A stretch of 19,350 nt of DNA from Myxococcota bacterium (GTDB lineage Bacteria; Myxococcota; UBA4151). Numbering within the stretch: the stretch's first letter is position 1; each line of letters starts with the position of its first letter. A model generated the notes under the pieces. That model made no database searches. It was not told the origin of the DNA and saw nothing but the letters and a program-made list of their open reading frames with translations. This document shows positions 17,054-19,350 of the stretch, in pieces. The translations under genes and the position numbers were made by a program. Where the stretch lies: contig JBDQPD010000065.1 of assembly GCA_040260805.1 (NCBI GenBank), positions 1 to 19,350 of the forward strand, read 5' to 3'.

Positions 17054-17416
17054 CTAAAATGGCTTATACACACCCAGATAAGCAGCCAACAGCCCCAAAG
17101 CCGGTGCAGTAAACCATACGGCTGTCGCAAGCTCAGGCTTTCTTTTGACCACAATCGGCAGCAAGCCGATCAGCAGCCAGACTGCAATTTTAGCATGGAC
17201 CCATCCGGGCAGGCCAGACACCAGCCCGAGCCGGGCAGCCAGCCCGAATCCACCAACTAATCCGAAGAAAAGCCCGACTCCATGAAAGATTAATGCGGGG
17301 CGTTTAGCCGATTTATCCGCCTTGGTCAGCGCAGCCCAAACGAGGCCCGCTAAGCCCATAAAGGCGACAAACAAACCCGCTAGATGCATGACTTTGTAAA
17401 ACAAGATTGAAAACAT
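17054..17416 (-). CDS. Small 4-TM membrane protein (SirB2/DUF2269-like)
   Basis: ATG 17416 after GGGGAGAGG; YKVMHL, FHGVGL, GGFGL and GWVHAKI motifs; four hydrophobic helices. Confidence 0.75.
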   Translation of the reverse strand: MFSILFYKVMHLAGLFVAFMGLAGLVWAALTKADKSAKRPALIFHGVGLFFGLVGGFGLAARLGLVSGLPGWVHAKIAVWLLIGLLPIVVKRKPELATAVWFTAPALGLLAAYLGVYKPF

Positions 17417-17564
17417 GATGTGCTGGCCTCTCCCCCCTGTTGGTAAGCCGTTCAGGCAGTAAAGAACAAGCCGTGGACGGTTTGTGCGTTTTTGTGACAA
17501 GAATCACTTGCTTGATAACAGAAGTATGCCATTAAATGCGTGCAAAGAATCGGAGAGTCTCGGT

Positions 17565-18206
17565 TTGATTACTGAAATAACAGTCAAAATCGCCAACGCG
17601 GGCGCAGGCAACGTGATCATGTGGTCCATGGTCGTCTTGTCGGTGGTCTCGATCTTGCTGATCATCGAGCGCGTCATGCATTTCCGCAAGGCTGGCGGCG
17701 ACATCGAGATCCAGTACGCCCGCTTGAGCGCCCACCTCCGCAATGAAGAGTTTACTGAGGCGCTGGCTGAGCTCAAGGACGATCCGACGATGGTCGCTCG
17801 CGTGGCTCGGGCTGGCTTGGATCGTCTGCATCATGGCCGGCAGGCGGTTCAAGAGTCGATGGCTGCGGTCACCTTGCTCGAACGCCACAAAGGCGAGCGC
17901 TTTTTATCGGTGCTCGGAACCCTTGGCGCCAATGCGCCCTTTATCGGATTGCTGGGTACTGTGGTGGAGATCATCCACACGCTGAGCAACTCTGGCGGGA
18001 TGTCGGCTGAAAAGATTCCTCAGATGATGGCGGATCTCTCGACGGCGCTTGCAGCGACCGCCGTGGGCCTTTTAGTGGCTCTGCCAGCTGTGGCTGCGAA
18101 CAACTATTTCCGGCGGCGTCTGCAGAGCATGGAGACCGCTTCTCAGGCGATTGGTCACGAGCTGATCTCCTACGCAAACCTCCCTCACCCGGAGCGGGAG
18201 GCTTAG
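17565..18206 (+). CDS. exbB: MotA/TolQ/ExbB proton channel protein
   Basis: Probable TTG start at 17565 after GGAG; LSVVS...IER, LGTLGANAPFIGLLGTV and AL.ATAVGLLVALPA; first gene of the exbBD-tonB operon. Confidence 0.92.
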   Translation: MITEITVKIANAGAGNVIMWSMVVLSVVSILLIIERVMHFRKAGGDIEIQYARLSAHLRNEEFTEALAELKDDPTMVARVARAGLDRLHHGRQAVQESMAAVTLLERHKGERFLSVLGTLGANAPFIGLLGTVVEIIHTLSNSGGMSAEKIPQMMADLSTALAATAVGLLVALPAVAANNYFRRRLQSMETASQAIGHELISYANLPHPEREA

Positions 18207-18641
18207 ATGGCTGGCGGTGGCGGTGGCGGCGGTTCGATTGAGGACATCAACGTAACTCCGCTCGTTGATATCATGCTGTGTCTGATGGTGATCTTCATGA
18301 TCGCTGCGGCGCTGGTGGTCGCGGCACCTAAGGCGATCGAGGTCGACCTGCCGAAGGCGAGCAGCGGGCGTACGCTCGAGGAGCCGCCTACCTTTGCGAT
18401 CGTGTACGATGCGAAAGAACAGATCTACGTCAACGGCGATGCGATGACGTGGGAAGCGTTCAGGGCGGACGTCCGTAAACGCAAGGCGGAAAATGATAAG
18501 GTCCAGGCTGTGATCTCGGCGGCGAAGGAGCTTAGCTACGGGCGGGTGATGCGCTTGATTGACGCGATTCGTGTCGACGGCGTGGATCGTTACGCCCTGA
18601 ATATCGACTCTGACCCTGAGTTTAATCCTGAGGCGAAGTAA
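18207..18641 (+). CDS. exbD: Biopolymer transport protein ExbD/TolR
   Basis: INVTPLVDIMLCLMVIFMI with the conserved TM Asp; VDLPKA; YGRVMRLID. Confidence 0.95.
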   Translation: MAGGGGGGGSIEDINVTPLVDIMLCLMVIFMIAAALVVAAPKAIEVDLPKASSGRTLEEPPTFAIVYDAKEQIYVNGDAMTWEAFRADVRKRKAENDKVQAVISAAKELSYGRVMRLIDAIRVDGVDRYALNIDSDPEFNPEAK

Positions 18642-19350
18642 TGGAACAGAGGAGCCCCGAGGAACAAATCTACGCAGAGCGTCGCCGGCGGAGACAGTTT
18701 CTGGCTGTGGCGGCAGCTCTCGCTGTGCTGTTTCACGGGGTTCTAGGCTATGCTGGTGGTCAACTGCGTGCCGCGGCTGAGGAGATGGGTCTCAAGTCGC
18801 TCGTCGACGTCGTCATTAAAAAGCCCAAACCAAAGCCCAAACCGAAACCAAAGCCCAAACCAAAGCCCAAGCCGAAACCGAAAAAGCGCAAGAAAGTCGA
18901 CCTGACTAAAAAGCGGGTTCCCAAGCCGAACAAGCCGCCGGAGCAGCCGCCGCCGGAGCCGCCGAAGCCAGTCTTTGGGGTCAATATGAAGTCCACCTCG
19001 AAGACCGGTCCAGGGATCACCATGCGGGTCGGCAATACCTTGATGAAGGCTCCCGAGAAAGAGTTCACCAAACCCAAGGACGTCCGCCCCTATGCGCCAG
19101 TTGCTGGTCACAAGCTCACGCAGTATCCGCGGCTGTCAGCGGCTGAGCGCGCCCGGCTTGAGCGCCTACCCTACCCAGACCGTGCACGGGATGAGGAGAT
19201 GGAGGGCCGTGTCGTCCTGCTCCTCGATATCAACTTCAAGGGCAAGGTGGTCAAAGCGCGTGTCTTGAAGGACCCTGGCGCTGGTTTAGGTGCGGCGGCA
19301 GTGCGTGCGCTTCGTTCCGCACGGTTCGAGCCGGCGATGGTCGATGGCGA
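18641..19350 (+). CDS. tonB: Energy transducer TonB, 3'-truncated by the window edge (absent from the ORF track)
   Basis: TAATG overlap with exbD; my translation gives MEQRSPEEQ..., a TM segment LAVAAALAVLFHGVLG, (KP)10, PPEQPPPEPP, then YPDRARDEEMEGRVVLLLDI..KGKV...FEPAMVDG (TonB C-terminal domain). Confidence 0.93.
   Translation, partial: MEQRSPEEQIYAERRRRRQFLAVAAALAVLFHGVLGYAGGQLRAAAEEMGLKSLVDVVIKKPKPKPKPKPKPKPKPKPKPKKRKKVDLTKKRVPKPNKPPEQPPPEPPKPVFGVNMKSTSKTGPGITMRVGNTLMKAPEKEFTKPKDVRPYAPVAGHKLTQYPRLSAAERARLERLPYPDRARDEEMEGRVVLLLDINFKGKVVKARVLKDPGAGLGAAAVRALRSARFEPAMVDG
18821..18880 (+). repeat. Degenerate 6-bp coding repeat (AARCCV)x10 encoding (Lys-Pro)10 in the TonB spacer
   Basis: aagccc aaacca aagccc aaaccg aaacca aagccc aaacca aagccc aagccg aaaccg, read directly from the sequence. 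Confidence 0.95.

Noticed and set aside
17493..17511. Possible Fur box upstream of exbB
   Set aside because: My best alignment matches only about 10 of 19 consensus positions, and the inverted repeat is just CAAG-N5-CTTG; too weak to call
18743..19111. Minus-strand ORFs with GFGLG/FGLW repeats (18743..19111 and 18760..19077)
   Set aside because: They are antisense shadows of the TonB (KP)10 repeat; the plus-strand frame is clearly TonB
1..19350. CRISPR array, IS/transposase, prophage, defence system, tRNA/rRNA; also the many short alternative-frame ORFs
   Set aside because: No regularly spaced repeats, terminal inverted repeats, nuclease or integrase motifs, or RNA gene signatures were seen; the short ORFs lie within well-supported genes and have no motifs

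Overview
Gene-dense, moderately GC-rich bacterial chromosomal segment, most likely from a Myxococcota/deltaproteobacterial lineage (inferred from a MYXO-CTERM-type C-terminal anchor and several Cys-rich, DAG-linker lipoproteins). From left to right: the 3' end of an amidohydrolase; pntAB (minus strand); a divergent MOFRL/DUF4147 glycerate-kinase-like gene; a 5'-nucleotidase-family lipoprotein; a His-motif membrane protein with TPR-like repeats; a three-gene envelope cluster (CxxC thioredoxin-like lipoprotein, small MYXO-CTERM protein, selenoprotein-P-like/Kazal lipoprotein); degP-family protease with a coupled PQQ-type sugar dehydrogenase; nth; two tandem paralogous Cys-rich lipoproteins; a hot-dog thioesterase coupled to an HTTM-like membrane protein; a small 4-TM protein; and exbB-exbD-tonB running off the right edge. 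I saw no RNA genes, mobile elements or CRISPR arrays. The best novelty candidates are the 8.0-10.5 kb extracytoplasmic thiol/redox cluster, especially the bacterial SelP-N-like lipoprotein, and the 13.9-17.0 kb block of Cys-rich paralogs, thioesterase and HTTM-like protein. All family calls come from motif recognition by eye; no database search was run.
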